From: a virus
DNA: 64,000 bases
IMG/VR virus record: IMGVR_UViG_3300014819_000003
Coordinates: 1 to 64,000 of that record
Reading direction: 5' to 3' (one strand)
Below are positions 26,801 to 36,583 of the stretch, one piece after another. How positions within the stretch are numbered: the stretch's first letter is position 1; each line of letters opens with the position of its first letter. The notes under the pieces are model-generated. The model saw only the letters and a program-made list of their open reading frames with translations. It did no database searches and had not been told where the DNA came from. A program made the translations under genes and the position numbers.

Positions 26801-27447
26801 ATCGTGTTAGTGCTTTACAGATGTGGTTAAAATATGATGAAAGACAGTTCCCAGAAACACCAGTAGAACTTTTTGAAGTTAAATATCGCTCTGATACTAT
26901 TAAATTTTATTTTGTAGCAGATAGTGAAACTGGAGATAGGGCAAGAATATATGCAAAGAGCGTAGCAACTGGAGACGACTATAACGGTTTATCATATTAT
27001 TGGAATGGTGAACTTGTTAGAGAGCCAGTGGCGACCAGAAATGAATGGGGAGTGTTAGGCATAGGGTTTAATAATGCCCTTAATTTTGACTCATTCCTTG
27101 GTGGAATAAATCTTAATGGTCAATTTGTATTTAATAATGTGGCATTCTATCAGGCAAATAATTTGCAGCAGGTACAAAGTACAACCTTAAGACCTTGGCA
27201 GCAGGTAATAACAGACGGAATAACAAATTATGATTGGGAGTACTGGCTCAACTCATCCACATGGGAAGGTGTTCTCGTTATTGGAACGTCTGATCTATAT
27301 GGCGTAAACCCAGTTGATGTTTATAAGACTTATATTGGAACTAATAAGATTATTTTTGATGATGATGAAGGTTTGACAGTAGATGCAGATAAAATCAAGG
27401 TATATACCGATACAACATGGACAATTCAGGTAGGTACACCAGTATAA
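23872..27447 (+). CDS. large virion protein with LamG/ConA-like domains
   Basis: YTVEFW, WALDD motifs; beta-rich; precedes head genes. Confidence 0.65.
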   Translation: MSNPSNLYAEKIFAEHPTVLWALDDVADYISLITEAQRSFTSWTITNATESINSAPKTEPFTDSVVNKLDLIIPANTSFTVTCSSDDLINFNSLNSNLATFSVGSYFYDSSGVLSSVSIGYEYTDTTTAQNVQDLNTFFTNMTGAWGFVSGTFEIPNENTTMRAVIKATFQGGASTSTTAFYVNGTTLGQWSENHNATSLGVNAQAITSNIAISTTSGIEAEAYGISGDNGYYLSNNNALVARNTSIPMVFGASGVTVLTPNSSGEPSLIIPGKGFLNKAGQHKEYTVEFWTKINSSATTPKRIFGPIASSDGLYVESGFLTLVIGKEFASHFVGEWFRPMLIHVRVIRNNATVLINGEEVITLNIATDDLVLPEILDNSNNEQDWLGFYAYTDVSPVEIDCIAIYPYQVPLPVAKRRWVYGQGVLSPEGINSAYGGTSAFIDYSFADYTSNYTYPDFANWSQGTFDNLITAGTYISTPNYQLPTVFIGNEILQDLYDDNQNIQAGANKFITFRPTTSWNSVHAYYNFPNFNILNEEVKAVYGVFSHDDITSINQTLFKIYNKTNGNYFQVKQDDNELVYSLYYNGASTSLYTSNTISVDQIFAVGINIPDLVTRFGGNVSSFFGNRNGLELYVAGDASTSNTFEGNLYSFGLCTALNANEADAYFVNGFATVTSGQNLISFTASYTLLPTEAYDTYFLDIGVAGYWEDYLPLSYFAQYVQNDMGNLFYDLDFLQFNIGYPKPSNLVEQASTSTWTYQALKDDYEYPVQRTYGQLDNYLFTGWESYSEMASKTAKYYEYDTADASIRSFITFQYIAEGANAPRSDFTVMTAREGSIIDIDNFTGWQGTKFEVVDNTLIYPTKTIDFNDLAIVYHLDFNIRGILRKPVRLRRLELASQALNDNSFNPVGTRFGVNLFPYKKSGIYYDYKAKNPFSIYKGSTPYLYMNRTSGIQIRGDYDPLVSRGIAIPVNPNTADNYRVSALQMWLKYDERQFPETPVELFEVKYRSDTIKFYFVADSETGDRARIYAKSVATGDDYNGLSYYWNGELVREPVATRNEWGVLGIGFNNALNFDSFLGGINLNGQFVFNNVAFYQANNLQQVQSTTLRPWQQVITDGITNYDWEYWLNSSTWEGVLVIGTSDLYGVNPVDVYKTYIGTNKIIFDDDEGLTVDADKIKVYTDTTWTIQVGTPV

Positions 27448-27465
27448 TCTGCTATACTTATGGAT

Positions 27466-27849
27466 ATGAGTAGTGGAAAATTGCCAAAAGTTGGTAACGT
27501 CAGGCGCAAAGTTATAGAAAAAAACTACGCTTGGGGTCTTTATGTGTACAAAAAGTCCAATGGTAAGTGGTTTACCGATGGTGAGGGTAGTGTTTTAAAT
27601 ATTCCAGCAATGCGTGGAGACTTATCAAAGATTGCTGAACTCAAGAAGGCTGCCATGTATTATGGCGATGAAGGTGACGGAGAATGTATTTTTGTACCTG
27701 GTTTAAGCAGGGTAACAGAAGAACAGTATTCAGAAATGGTAGACAGAATGAAACAAGGTCTTATTCCTAACCTCAATGATATGGGTGCTGTATACGATGC
27801 TCAACAAACCCTAAAGAAACATGGAAGGGATACGTTTGACAGTGAGTGA
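27466..27849 (+). CDS. conserved hypothetical protein upstream of portal
   Basis: leaderless start 7 nt after TGCTATACT. Confidence 0.7.
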   Translation: MSSGKLPKVGNVRRKVIEKNYAWGLYVYKKSNGKWFTDGEGSVLNIPAMRGDLSKIAELKKAAMYYGDEGDGECIFVPGLSRVTEEQYSEMVDRMKQGLIPNLNDMGAVYDAQQTLKKHGRDTFDSE

Positions 27850-29443
27850 AAATTTTGAATATATTCAGGCAGGTCTGAATACACAACAAAAAGAACCCAA
27901 TCAATTTGCAGGATTAGATCCTTTTGCAAAGTCTTGGGATGATCTTAAAGGTTTAAATGGAATTGATAACAACTTCCGTCGTAGAACAACTAGAAATCTT
28001 ACAAAGGTTGCATCTGAAAGTCCTGCATATTTAGAATCTGCTGGTGCTACGCCAATGGGCGACGGTAGCGGATCAAAACAATTAAATGCTGGCACGGTAT
28101 ATAGAAACGGCTACGGATTATTTGACGTAATTACTCCACCATATAACATGTATGAGTTGGCTAACTTTTATGATACAAACTTTGCTAACCATGCTGCTAT
28201 TGATGCTAAGGTAGAAAATGTTGTTGGTTTGGGATACCGTTTTGATATTACAGATCGCACAATGCTTAGTTTTGAAATGAGTGACGACGAGGGCAAGGTA
28301 GATAGAGCAAGAAATAGAATTGAACGAGCAAAAATTATGCTTCGTGACTGGCTTGAAGGTCTTAATGATGATGACTCATTTACAACTACAATGGAAAAGG
28401 TTTATACAGATCTACAGGCTACAGGTAATGGATTTCTTGAGGTTGGTCGTAAGGTAAATGGCGAGATTGGTTATATTGGACATATTCCAGCAACTACAGT
28501 TCGTGTTCGTCGTTTAAAAGATGGCTTCTTGCAGATTATTGGAAATAAGATTGTTTACTTCCGTAACTTTGGTGCAAGAAATGCAAACCCAGTAACTTCG
28601 GATCCAAGACCAAATGAGATTATTCATCTTAAGCAATACTCACCACTAAATACATTTTATGGCATTCCAGATATTCTTTCTGCATTACCTTCTCTAATCG
28701 GTGATCAATTAGCATCTCAATATAATATTGATTACTTTGAAAACAAGGCTGTTCCACGCTATGTTATTACAGTAAAGGGCGCTAAGTTATCTGCTGATGC
28801 TGAAGATAAGATGTTTAGATTCTTGCAGACAGGCCTAAAGGCTCAGTCTCATAGAACTCTTTATATTCCACTTCCAGGCGATAGTGAAAACAATAAAGTT
28901 GAATTTAAGATGGAGCCTATCGAAAACGGTATTCAAGAAGGATCATTTAAAGAATATCGTAAGCAAAATCGTGATGATATTTTGATTGCTCATCAGGTTC
29001 CTATTTCTAAACTTGGTGGCTCTGATTCTGCTGCTATTGCTGCTGCGATTTCTCAGGATCGTACATTTAAAGAGCAGGTATCACGTCCAGCCCAAAGATA
29101 CCTAGAAAAGATGATTAATAAGGTTGTTAAAGAAAAAACTGATGTTCTTGAGTTGAAGTTTAACGAACTAACATTAACAGACGAAATTGCACAGTCTCAG
29201 ATTTTGGAACGCTATGTTAAGACTCAGGTTATGACTCCTAACGAGGCTCGTGAGAAGTTAGATCTTCCACAACGTCCAGACGGAGATAGCCCATTTGTTA
29301 TGAGTCCACGTCAGGCTACTGATGCTAGGGCAGATTTGGCAGGAAATCGACAAAGAGATACCGAAAGAACAAATAATAACTCTGATTCTCCATCCACAAT
29401 TTCAGGAAGAAATCCACAGGGAGAAGGGCGTTCATCCACATAA
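27842..29443 (+). CDS. portal protein
   Basis: GNGFLEV, NEIIH.K, FYGIP, FEN.AVP, MTPNEAR motifs. Confidence 0.92.
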   Translation: MSENFEYIQAGLNTQQKEPNQFAGLDPFAKSWDDLKGLNGIDNNFRRRTTRNLTKVASESPAYLESAGATPMGDGSGSKQLNAGTVYRNGYGLFDVITPPYNMYELANFYDTNFANHAAIDAKVENVVGLGYRFDITDRTMLSFEMSDDEGKVDRARNRIERAKIMLRDWLEGLNDDDSFTTTMEKVYTDLQATGNGFLEVGRKVNGEIGYIGHIPATTVRVRRLKDGFLQIIGNKIVYFRNFGARNANPVTSDPRPNEIIHLKQYSPLNTFYGIPDILSALPSLIGDQLASQYNIDYFENKAVPRYVITVKGAKLSADAEDKMFRFLQTGLKAQSHRTLYIPLPGDSENNKVEFKMEPIENGIQEGSFKEYRKQNRDDILIAHQVPISKLGGSDSAAIAAAISQDRTFKEQVSRPAQRYLEKMINKVVKEKTDVLELKFNELTLTDEIAQSQILERYVKTQVMTPNEAREKLDLPQRPDGDSPFVMSPRQATDARADLAGNRQRDTERTNNNSDSPSTISGRNPQGEGRSST

Positions 29444-29485
29444 TATCCACATAGTGATATAAACGGATGATATAATTAACCTGCA

Positions 29486-30778
29486 ATGATTATAAACAAA
29501 GCACACTGGGTTACAGAAGGCGACAGCGTTCGCTTTTCTATGCCCATTGGCAAAATTGATCAGGAACGTCGTATTGTATCAGGTTTTGCAACATTAGATA
29601 ACATTGATAAACAAAATGATATTGTAACTACGGAAGCAAGCATGACTGCTTTTAAAAAGTTCCGTGGCAACCTTCGTGAAATGCATCAACCCAGTGCTGT
29701 CGGTAAGGTTGTTTCTTTTAAAGAGGATCGTTACTTTGATCCAGAAACAAAGAAGTTTTATAGTGGAGTTTATGTTTCTGCATATGTTTCTAAAGGTGCA
29801 CAAGATACATGGGAAAAAGTTCTTGATGGAACTTTGACTGGTTTTTCAATCGGTGGAAACATCAAAAAGTTTGATGATGAGTTTAATGCAGATATGGATA
29901 AATCAGTGCGTATAATTAAAGAGTATGAATTGCATGAATTATCACTCGTAGATAATCCTGCTAACCAATTCGCTAATGTTATCTCTATTGAAAAAGGACA
30001 ACTCGGCGGGTATTTGGCAAAAGCAGTAGTTGATACAGTGTATTGGTGCAAACAAGACGATATTGTTCGTCTATCTCCTGAAGATAAGGAAGCATGTCCT
30101 ACTTGCGATACTTCAATGTCAAACATTGGTTTTGTTGAGTCGGGCGATGACAATATTGAAACATTAAAGTTCTTAGTTGATAGTGCAAAAGGCATTAGGA
30201 CAATTAAGATGACTAAGGAGGATAATCCTATGACAGAAGAAACAGAAGTTGTAGCAGAGGCACCAGCCGAAGCAGCACCAGTTGTTGAAAATGTTGAGGT
30301 TGCTCCAGAGGCTACAGCAGAAGTCGTAGCAGAAGAGGCACCAGCAGTTGCTGAAGAAGCACCTGTTGATACTGAAATTGTTAAGGCTGATGAAGTTGCT
30401 CCTTCAACAGAAGAAGTTGTAGAGAAGAAAGAAGATGTTGTTACAGATATCGCCAAAAATGTAACAGACATTAAAGACTCTCTAACTAATGCCTTGAGCA
30501 GTCTAGCAGAAACCGTTAAGTCACTTCAGGCTAACGTTGATGCAATTACAAAGTCCCTTGAAACCGTTACAGGTGAAGTTAAGTCTGTAGCAAGTGAGGT
30601 TAAAGAAGTAAAGGGTTCTTTCGATGAGTTTGGCAAGCGAGTAGATGCAGTAGAAGCAGATACCGCTTTCCGCAAGTCTGGCGATCTAGGCGAGATCGTG
30701 CAGGAGTTTTCAGAAATGAAGACTCAAAAATCCCTATGGGGCGGACGTTTCCTCACAAATGCCGACCTATTTAAGTGA
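29486..30778 (+). CDS. prohead protease fused to scaffold-like acidic/coiled-coil tail
   Basis: EMH, TGFSIGG, ELSLVDNPAN. Confidence 0.9.
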   Translation: MIINKAHWVTEGDSVRFSMPIGKIDQERRIVSGFATLDNIDKQNDIVTTEASMTAFKKFRGNLREMHQPSAVGKVVSFKEDRYFDPETKKFYSGVYVSAYVSKGAQDTWEKVLDGTLTGFSIGGNIKKFDDEFNADMDKSVRIIKEYELHELSLVDNPANQFANVISIEKGQLGGYLAKAVVDTVYWCKQDDIVRLSPEDKEACPTCDTSMSNIGFVESGDDNIETLKFLVDSAKGIRTIKMTKEDNPMTEETEVVAEAPAEAAPVVENVEVAPEATAEVVAEEAPAVAEEAPVDTEIVKADEVAPSTEEVVEKKEDVVTDIAKNVTDIKDSLTNALSSLAETVKSLQANVDAITKSLETVTGEVKSVASEVKEVKGSFDEFGKRVDAVEADTAFRKSGDLGEIVQEFSEMKTQKSLWGGRFLTNADLFK

Positions 30779-30804
30779 ACATAAACCAAATGGAGGTGAA
30801 CAAT

Positions 30805-31923
30805 ATGTCGGAACAAGAACAATTAATTAAGGCTGCTGAAGCGGGTGCTTTCGTATCTGGCGGGATTGGTGGCGCAACTGCTACTGATCGTGACAGCAAC
30901 GTATCTCCTGCTACTTCTCTTGGTAACGTTACTGGCGGAACTTTCGGTTCAATTACTGGACCTAACGCAGTAAACCCAACAGGAAGTAACAGTGGTATTC
31001 TAAACCCTGAGCAGGCTCGCCGCTTTATCGACTACGTGTGGGATGCAACAGTTCTCGCCAAGGATGGTCGTAGAGTTACAATGCGAGCAAACACCATGGA
31101 AATCGAAAAGGTTAACGTGGGTGAGCGTGTAATCCGTGCTGCTGCACAAGCAGATGACGCATACACAAACGCAGGCGCAACATTTACAAAAGTAGAACTA
31201 ACAACCAAAAAGATTCGTCTTGACTGGGAAGTTTCTACTGAGTCTCTAGAAGACAATATTGAAGGAGCGGCTCTTGAAGACCGTCTCGTTCGCTTGATGA
31301 CCAATGCATTCGCAAATGACATTGAAGATCTAGCGATTAACGGTGATGGTGCTACAGGCAACTTCCTCTCAATCATGTCTGGCTTTATTAAGCAAACTCG
31401 TGGTACAGTAGGCAACGCTGCTCATGAAGCAGATGTTACCGTATCTAACAACGAGTGGACTCCACAAGTAATGCAGGATATCATTCTTGCAATGCCACGT
31501 AAGTATCGTGCACTTAAGAGCAATCTTAAGTTCTATGCAGGTACTGACGCATTCCAGGGTATCGTTAAGAATAACGGTACACTCGCTGATGCTATTGCTG
31601 AAGCGATTGCTGGACAAACACCAGGTAGCACACAGGCTAACCGTCAAGCATATCTTGATGGTCTAGGACAGACATTCGGTGGTTCTCGTACCACCCGTGT
31701 TCTTGGAGTGGATGTACTTGAGGTTCCTTACTATCCAGCAGGATATGTAGATCTCACATTCCCTGAGAACCGTGTCTGGGGCTTCCAGCGTGATATCACG
31801 GTAAACCGTGAATACAAGCCAAAGAAGGATACTGTAGAATATACAGTTTTCGTTCGCTTTGGTATTGCATGGGAAGAGTTGGATGCAGTTGCTTATGGCG
31901 ACGCAGACAGCGCAGATTCCTAA
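30805..31923 (+). CDS. major capsid protein (HK97 fold)
   Basis: GILNPEQA..FI, LEDNIEG, DIEDLAING; GGAGGTG RBS; followed by terminator. Confidence 0.92.
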   Translation: MSEQEQLIKAAEAGAFVSGGIGGATATDRDSNVSPATSLGNVTGGTFGSITGPNAVNPTGSNSGILNPEQARRFIDYVWDATVLAKDGRRVTMRANTMEIEKVNVGERVIRAAAQADDAYTNAGATFTKVELTTKKIRLDWEVSTESLEDNIEGAALEDRLVRLMTNAFANDIEDLAINGDGATGNFLSIMSGFIKQTRGTVGNAAHEADVTVSNNEWTPQVMQDIILAMPRKYRALKSNLKFYAGTDAFQGIVKNNGTLADAIAEAIAGQTPGSTQANRQAYLDGLGQTFGGSRTTRVLGVDVLEVPYYPAGYVDLTFPENRVWGFQRDITVNREYKPKKDTVEYTVFVRFGIAWEELDAVAYGDADSADS

Positions 31924-31941
31924 AATTAAATAAGCAGTATT

Positions 31942-31973
31942 AAGAGGGAGCGGAATAAACCCCGCTCCCTTTT
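31942..31973 (+). terminator. intrinsic terminator after capsid gene
   Basis: GAGGGAGCGG...CCGCTCCCTTTT. Confidence 0.85.
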
Positions 31974-32007
31974 AGCATCTCTGGTATAATGACAGTGGAG
32001 GAATAAT

Positions 32008-32340
32008 ATGTTAAATGTAGAAGATTTAAAAACAAAAAGCGTATTTGAAATTAAATCATTTGCAAAGAAAAATAATATTGATCTCAAAGATGCAAGAACA
32101 AAAATAGAAATGTTAAATATTTTAGAGGGTAAAGAAGTAGTACAAATAGCCAAAAAAAAGGTGCCAGAAAAAGTTGCTATTTACTCAGAACGAAACAAGC
32201 ATAATAGCGATAAAAAAATTGGCTCACTCAAAGTTGGTTATAATATAGTTAGTAAGGAGGCAGCCGACTGGTGGCTTTCTCGCAAGGGAGTTAGACTAGC
32301 AACGCCCCAAGAGTTAGCAAAACACTACGGTATAGACTAA
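32008..32340 (+). CDS. basic hypothetical protein with Rho-N/HeH-like N-terminus
   Basis: LKTKSVFEIKSFAKKNNI...TKIEML pattern. Confidence 0.55.
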   Translation: MLNVEDLKTKSVFEIKSFAKKNNIDLKDARTKIEMLNILEGKEVVQIAKKKVPEKVAIYSERNKHNSDKKIGSLKVGYNIVSKEAADWWLSRKGVRLATPQELAKHYGID

Positions 32341-33311
32341 TGGAGATTTTAAGGATTCCCCCATATCCACTTGAAATTGAGTATACAGTGCCGACAGCAA
32401 GCACATCATATTTTCTTGTTATAGAAAGTAATGATAGAAATGAAGAATTGGTAGATGTAGCGGTTACATCAAACTCAAGTTCTGTGGTTTCTTATACTCT
32501 ATCTGACACTCTTGCAAAGTATGATGAGCACTACGCCCTAACAATTTATGAAAAAAATGGTGCTAATCGTGGAGATATTGTTGTTGAAGATAATTTAGAG
32601 ATAGTAAGACCATATGTTGATCCAAATACACTTGCAACTACTGCCACAGAAATAGCACAATATAGAGAATATGAGGCTTTGGCTCGTCAAATTATTGATG
32701 CCTATGTTCCAGATGGATTTTATTTTACAACAGAATGGCTACAGGTAGTAGGACAAGGCACAGATTATATGCCTATTTGGATGCGTGGATATAAGGTTCT
32801 TAAGGTGTATGAAAATGCTGAGAAGGTTTGGGATGTTGATGACGCTGATGGTCCAGCCCTTGACGAATATGACTATAGCATTACAAAAGATAAAACAGCA
32901 ATTATTAAAGATCCAGTCGCTGGTGTAGATAACTGGAATAGAGATGAGCGCAAACCAGCAAGAACTGCTATGGCAGCATCAGACTCATTTGATTGGTATG
33001 ATACTGGAGATAGTGCAAATATTCAAACCTTCAAGGGTGGAGTAAGTTTTCCAGAAGGTGCAGACTATATGTTTTATATTGAGGCAGGGTATAAAGTAGT
33101 TCCTAACGATATTAAAGATGCAACTAATATGCTTATTGAAGATATCAAGTGTGGAAAGTTAGATTATTATAAACGATATGTTGATAACTATAGAACAGAT
33201 CAGTTTAGTATAAAGTATAACCCTATGATGCTAGAGGGCACTGGAAATCTTTTAGTAGATAAAATTTTAGATAAATATGTAAATGTGGTAACTCGTCCTG
33301 GAGTATTATAA
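32340..33311 (+). CDS. head-to-tail adaptor
   Basis: ARQIIDAY, GY.VVP.DIKDA motifs; synteny. Confidence 0.7.
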   Translation: MEILRIPPYPLEIEYTVPTASTSYFLVIESNDRNEELVDVAVTSNSSSVVSYTLSDTLAKYDEHYALTIYEKNGANRGDIVVEDNLEIVRPYVDPNTLATTATEIAQYREYEALARQIIDAYVPDGFYFTTEWLQVVGQGTDYMPIWMRGYKVLKVYENAEKVWDVDDADGPALDEYDYSITKDKTAIIKDPVAGVDNWNRDERKPARTAMAASDSFDWYDTGDSANIQTFKGGVSFPEGADYMFYIEAGYKVVPNDIKDATNMLIEDIKCGKLDYYKRYVDNYRTDQFSIKYNPMMLEGTGNLLVDKILDKYVNVVTRPGVL

Positions 33312-33760
33312 TGGTGATCTGCGAAGATACCGACTTTATTTATCCTATGAAGGCTGATGTTTATTATCCTATAATTACTCAAGGCGATTATGGACAACCA
33401 AAAAAACAATGGGTTCTTGATAGAACAATAGCCTGTAATGCAACATCAGTAGGCGGTGCTGGTGAAGAAAATATTAAACCAGAAGTTTTTCTTCAATATG
33501 AAAATAAGTTAGTTGCTAGAACAAAAGCAGATCCAAGAATTTCTTCTCAAAAAGGAACAAACGCTATATCAAATATTCTAATAACAAATGTTAGACATGC
33601 TAATGATGAAATTATATATAAAGAAACCGCAGGAGTTCGTGCTGGTAAGTCAACAATATTTGAAATTGCTACAGTAGAGCCATATGTTGGTCCTTTTAAT
33701 ACAGTAGAATATTATAAAATGTTGTGGCGTAGAGCAGAAAACCAGAATGTTGGTGACTAA
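33311..33760 (+). CDS. head-tail stopper/closure protein
   Basis: synteny; size; GDYGQPKKQW. Confidence 0.6.
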   Translation: MVICEDTDFIYPMKADVYYPIITQGDYGQPKKQWVLDRTIACNATSVGGAGEENIKPEVFLQYENKLVARTKADPRISSQKGTNAISNILITNVRHANDEIIYKETAGVRAGKSTIFEIATVEPYVGPFNTVEYYKMLWRRAENQNVGD

Positions 33761-34437
33761 TGATAGTCTCTTTCGACTTTAAAAAGTTTCAAAAAACAAT
33801 GAATAATGTTGTTGATTATTCGTATGGATTTATTGATGGCATTGAAAAAGGTAAACCTAAGTTTTTAGAAAAATTAGGCAGGGAAGTTATAGTAGCACTA
33901 GGCCAATATATAGACCTCAATGCCAGGGCAAATCCTTCAGCAATGCACCATGTATACGAGTGGTATAGAACTGGAAGTCCAGCATCAAGACTATTTGATA
34001 TAGATTTTGTAGTTAATAAGAATGGCCTTGTTTTATTTTCAAATTTTAAACAATCAAGGTCTATGTCTGCAGATGCAACTACGCCATTTTTTAATAAAGC
34101 AAAAATAATGGAACAAGGTAGAACAGTAGTAATAAAACCTAAAAGTGGATCAGTTCTTGCCTTTGAAGATGGTGGACAAACAATATTTACAAAAAAACCA
34201 ATTACAGTTAGAAGTCCTGGAGGAGACGAAGTTCAGGGATCTTATGAAAAGGTTTTTGATGAATTTATGGTTAGATATTTTAAACAGTCATTTATTCGTG
34301 CTTCTGGTCTTTATGATTATATTAAAAAACCAACGGCATTTAAAAAGAATATTCGTGCTGGAGCAAAAGTAGGTAGATCAAAAGGCGTTAGTACTGGTTT
34401 TAGTTGGATAGCAGATGCAAGAATTGGGGTAGAATAG
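33760..34437 (+). CDS. neck/tail completion protein
   Basis: synteny; HHVYEW motif. Confidence 0.5.
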   Translation: MIVSFDFKKFQKTMNNVVDYSYGFIDGIEKGKPKFLEKLGREVIVALGQYIDLNARANPSAMHHVYEWYRTGSPASRLFDIDFVVNKNGLVLFSNFKQSRSMSADATTPFFNKAKIMEQGRTVVIKPKSGSVLAFEDGGQTIFTKKPITVRSPGGDEVQGSYEKVFDEFMVRYFKQSFIRASGLYDYIKKPTAFKKNIRAGAKVGRSKGVSTGFSWIADARIGVE

Positions 34438-34441
34438 AACA

Positions 34442-35020
34442 ATGGCAGATAATGTAAAAACAACTGGATACCCTCCACTTTTTCTTAATGCATATATAAA
34501 TGCACAATTAGAAAGATTTGGTCTTATTGCAGAAAGCCAAACAATGCTTCCTCCGCCATTTATTCCAGCAAGCGTTCCAACAAATATAGAAGATTTATAT
34601 AATGATCAGATTCAAATTCGTGGAACTGAAAAGCCAATCCTAATAATGTATGATCGTCTAACTAGATTTAGGCCTACTCCGTTTTATAGACATAAAAGAG
34701 AGCAGTTGATATATTTTATATATACTGCTCAAGATGAAACTCTTCTAAATATAATGAGAGTAATAACTGAGGCTTTAGATCGTGAAGATGCTGCAGCACA
34801 AGACATTAATTCTTGGCTAAAGTCAAACCCATTAGCCTATGCCCCAACAAATGTATTTTTTCACAATGTTAGGGTTTATCAGGCTGACGAAAGCAGGGAT
34901 GTAGTAGAACTAGCCTCTGCCAAGACCTTATTTGTTAATAAGATCATAATTGAATATGACTACCACACAAACGATACAATAACCATAGGTAGCACGTCCT
35001 ATACTAATATCTATACCTAA
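34442..35020 (+). CDS. tail terminator-like protein
   Basis: position immediately before major tail gene. Confidence 0.5.
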   Translation: MADNVKTTGYPPLFLNAYINAQLERFGLIAESQTMLPPPFIPASVPTNIEDLYNDQIQIRGTEKPILIMYDRLTRFRPTPFYRHKREQLIYFIYTAQDETLLNIMRVITEALDREDAAAQDINSWLKSNPLAYAPTNVFFHNVRVYQADESRDVVELASAKTLFVNKIIIEYDYHTNDTITIGSTSYTNIYT

Positions 35021-35091
35021 AAAATACTGTTATACTTAGTAACGAGGAAACACGCCCACTTATTCAACAAGGAAAAAAGAGGTGAAACAAT

Positions 35092-35733
35092 ATGCCAGCA
35101 TATACCCGTGGTACGTCTAACAACATCATCGTAGGTGCCGCAGCGTTCTTTATCTGCGATACTACTTTGGATGCTGACGTTTTTTCAGATTATCCATTTG
35201 TAAGCACAGAGTCGTATAAATCAACTTTGTCTGCAAGTTCTTTCTGGACAAACGTTGGTTACACAATGAACGGTCTTGAGATGCAATTCCAGCCTGACTT
35301 CGGTGAGGTTGCAGTTGACCAAGTACTCGATGTTGCTAAACTTTACAAGCAAGGTATGCAGGTAAACGTTGCTACAGCATTTGCTGAAGCAACTCTTGAG
35401 AATCTACTCTATGCTCTTGCATTCGCAGATGATCAACTCACTGGTACAAAGTCAACTTCCGCAGGCCGCCGTCTGAATCTTTCAGCAGGCGAACTCGGAG
35501 AGTGCCCAGTAGAGCGTGGTATCGCAGCCGTCGGTCCTGGTACTGGTGACTGTGATTCATCTGGTAACGTAGAACGTGTCTATGTCGGATACCGTGCGCT
35601 TTCAATTGAAAACGTAACTGTTTCGGCAAAGCGTGATGAACCTTCAATGTTTGAAGTTTCATTCCGTCTACTTCCAGAAGATGCATCTGGCGCATATGGT
35701 AAGATCGTAGATCGTACTCATACCGCATCATAA
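35092..35733 (+). CDS. major tail (tube) protein
   Basis: NIIVGAA, VGYT..GL, VDQ.LD, EATLENL motifs; followed by terminator. Confidence 0.85.
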   Translation: MPAYTRGTSNNIIVGAAAFFICDTTLDADVFSDYPFVSTESYKSTLSASSFWTNVGYTMNGLEMQFQPDFGEVAVDQVLDVAKLYKQGMQVNVATAFAEATLENLLYALAFADDQLTGTKSTSAGRRLNLSAGELGECPVERGIAAVGPGTGDCDSSGNVERVYVGYRALSIENVTVSAKRDEPSMFEVSFRLLPEDASGAYGKIVDRTHTAS

Positions 35734-35753
35734 TCTTAAAATAAGATTAATAA

Positions 35754-35790
35754 CAGCCCACTCCCTAATATGGGGGTGGGTTTGTTGTTT
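35754..35790 (+). terminator. intrinsic terminator after major tail gene
   Basis: GCCCACTCCC...GGGGGTGGGT plus T-rich tail. Confidence 0.8.
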
Positions 35791-35807
35791 ATGGTAAAAT
35801 GGTTTAA

Positions 35808-36533
35808 ATGGCTACTGAGATATATAAAATAGAAAAAATAAACTTGGTTGATGGAACAGAACTTGAAATAGTTCCATTAAAAATTAAATACCTAAGAGAG
35901 TTTATGACAACATTTGATGCCATACGTGTAACAAAAAATGATCAAGAAGCAATATTAGTATTATCAGAATGTGTTAGAGTATGTATGAAACAATATCATC
36001 CATCTATATCTAAAACAATAGAAGATATTGAAGAAAATCTTGATCTTCCAACAGTATATAAAATATTAAATGTTGCTGCTGGCATTAAGGTGGATAAAAA
36101 ATCAGAAGAGCCTGTAAAAGATCAAGCAACTAATAGTGGTCCAACCTGGGAAACATTAGACTTAGCAAATTTAGAATCTGAGGTATTTTTGCTCGGTATT
36201 TGGAAAGACTATGATGAATTAGAAACTTCTATGTCTATGCCAGAACTTATGGCTACCATTTCAAGTAAGCGTGAACTAGATTATGAAGAAAAGAAGTTCT
36301 TGGCAGCAATTCAGGGAGTAGACCTAGATGCTAACTCTAAGTCATCAGATGGCAAACAGCGAGGGCAGCAAGAATGGGAAGACCTTAAAGCAAGAGTATT
36401 TAGTGGTGGTAAGGCAAGAGATGGAAATGACATTCTTGCACTTCAAGGACCTGCTGCTGAAAAGGCAGGGTTTGGTATTGGTATGGGTCTAGATTATGAT
36501 GACCTACGTGATCCTTCAATAATGAAAAATTAA
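35808..36533 (+). CDS. tail assembly chaperone, long (G+T-like fusion)
   Basis: N-terminal ~100 aa paralogous to 36584; between tail tube and tape measure. Confidence 0.75.
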   Translation: MATEIYKIEKINLVDGTELEIVPLKIKYLREFMTTFDAIRVTKNDQEAILVLSECVRVCMKQYHPSISKTIEDIEENLDLPTVYKILNVAAGIKVDKKSEEPVKDQATNSGPTWETLDLANLESEVFLLGIWKDYDELETSMSMPELMATISSKRELDYEEKKFLAAIQGVDLDANSKSSDGKQRGQQEWEDLKARVFSGGKARDGNDILALQGPAAEKAGFGIGMGLDYDDLRDPSIMKN

Positions 36534-36583
36534 AAAATAAGCGTTTTGTGCTATAATTACATTTAGCCTATATAGGAGGATAA

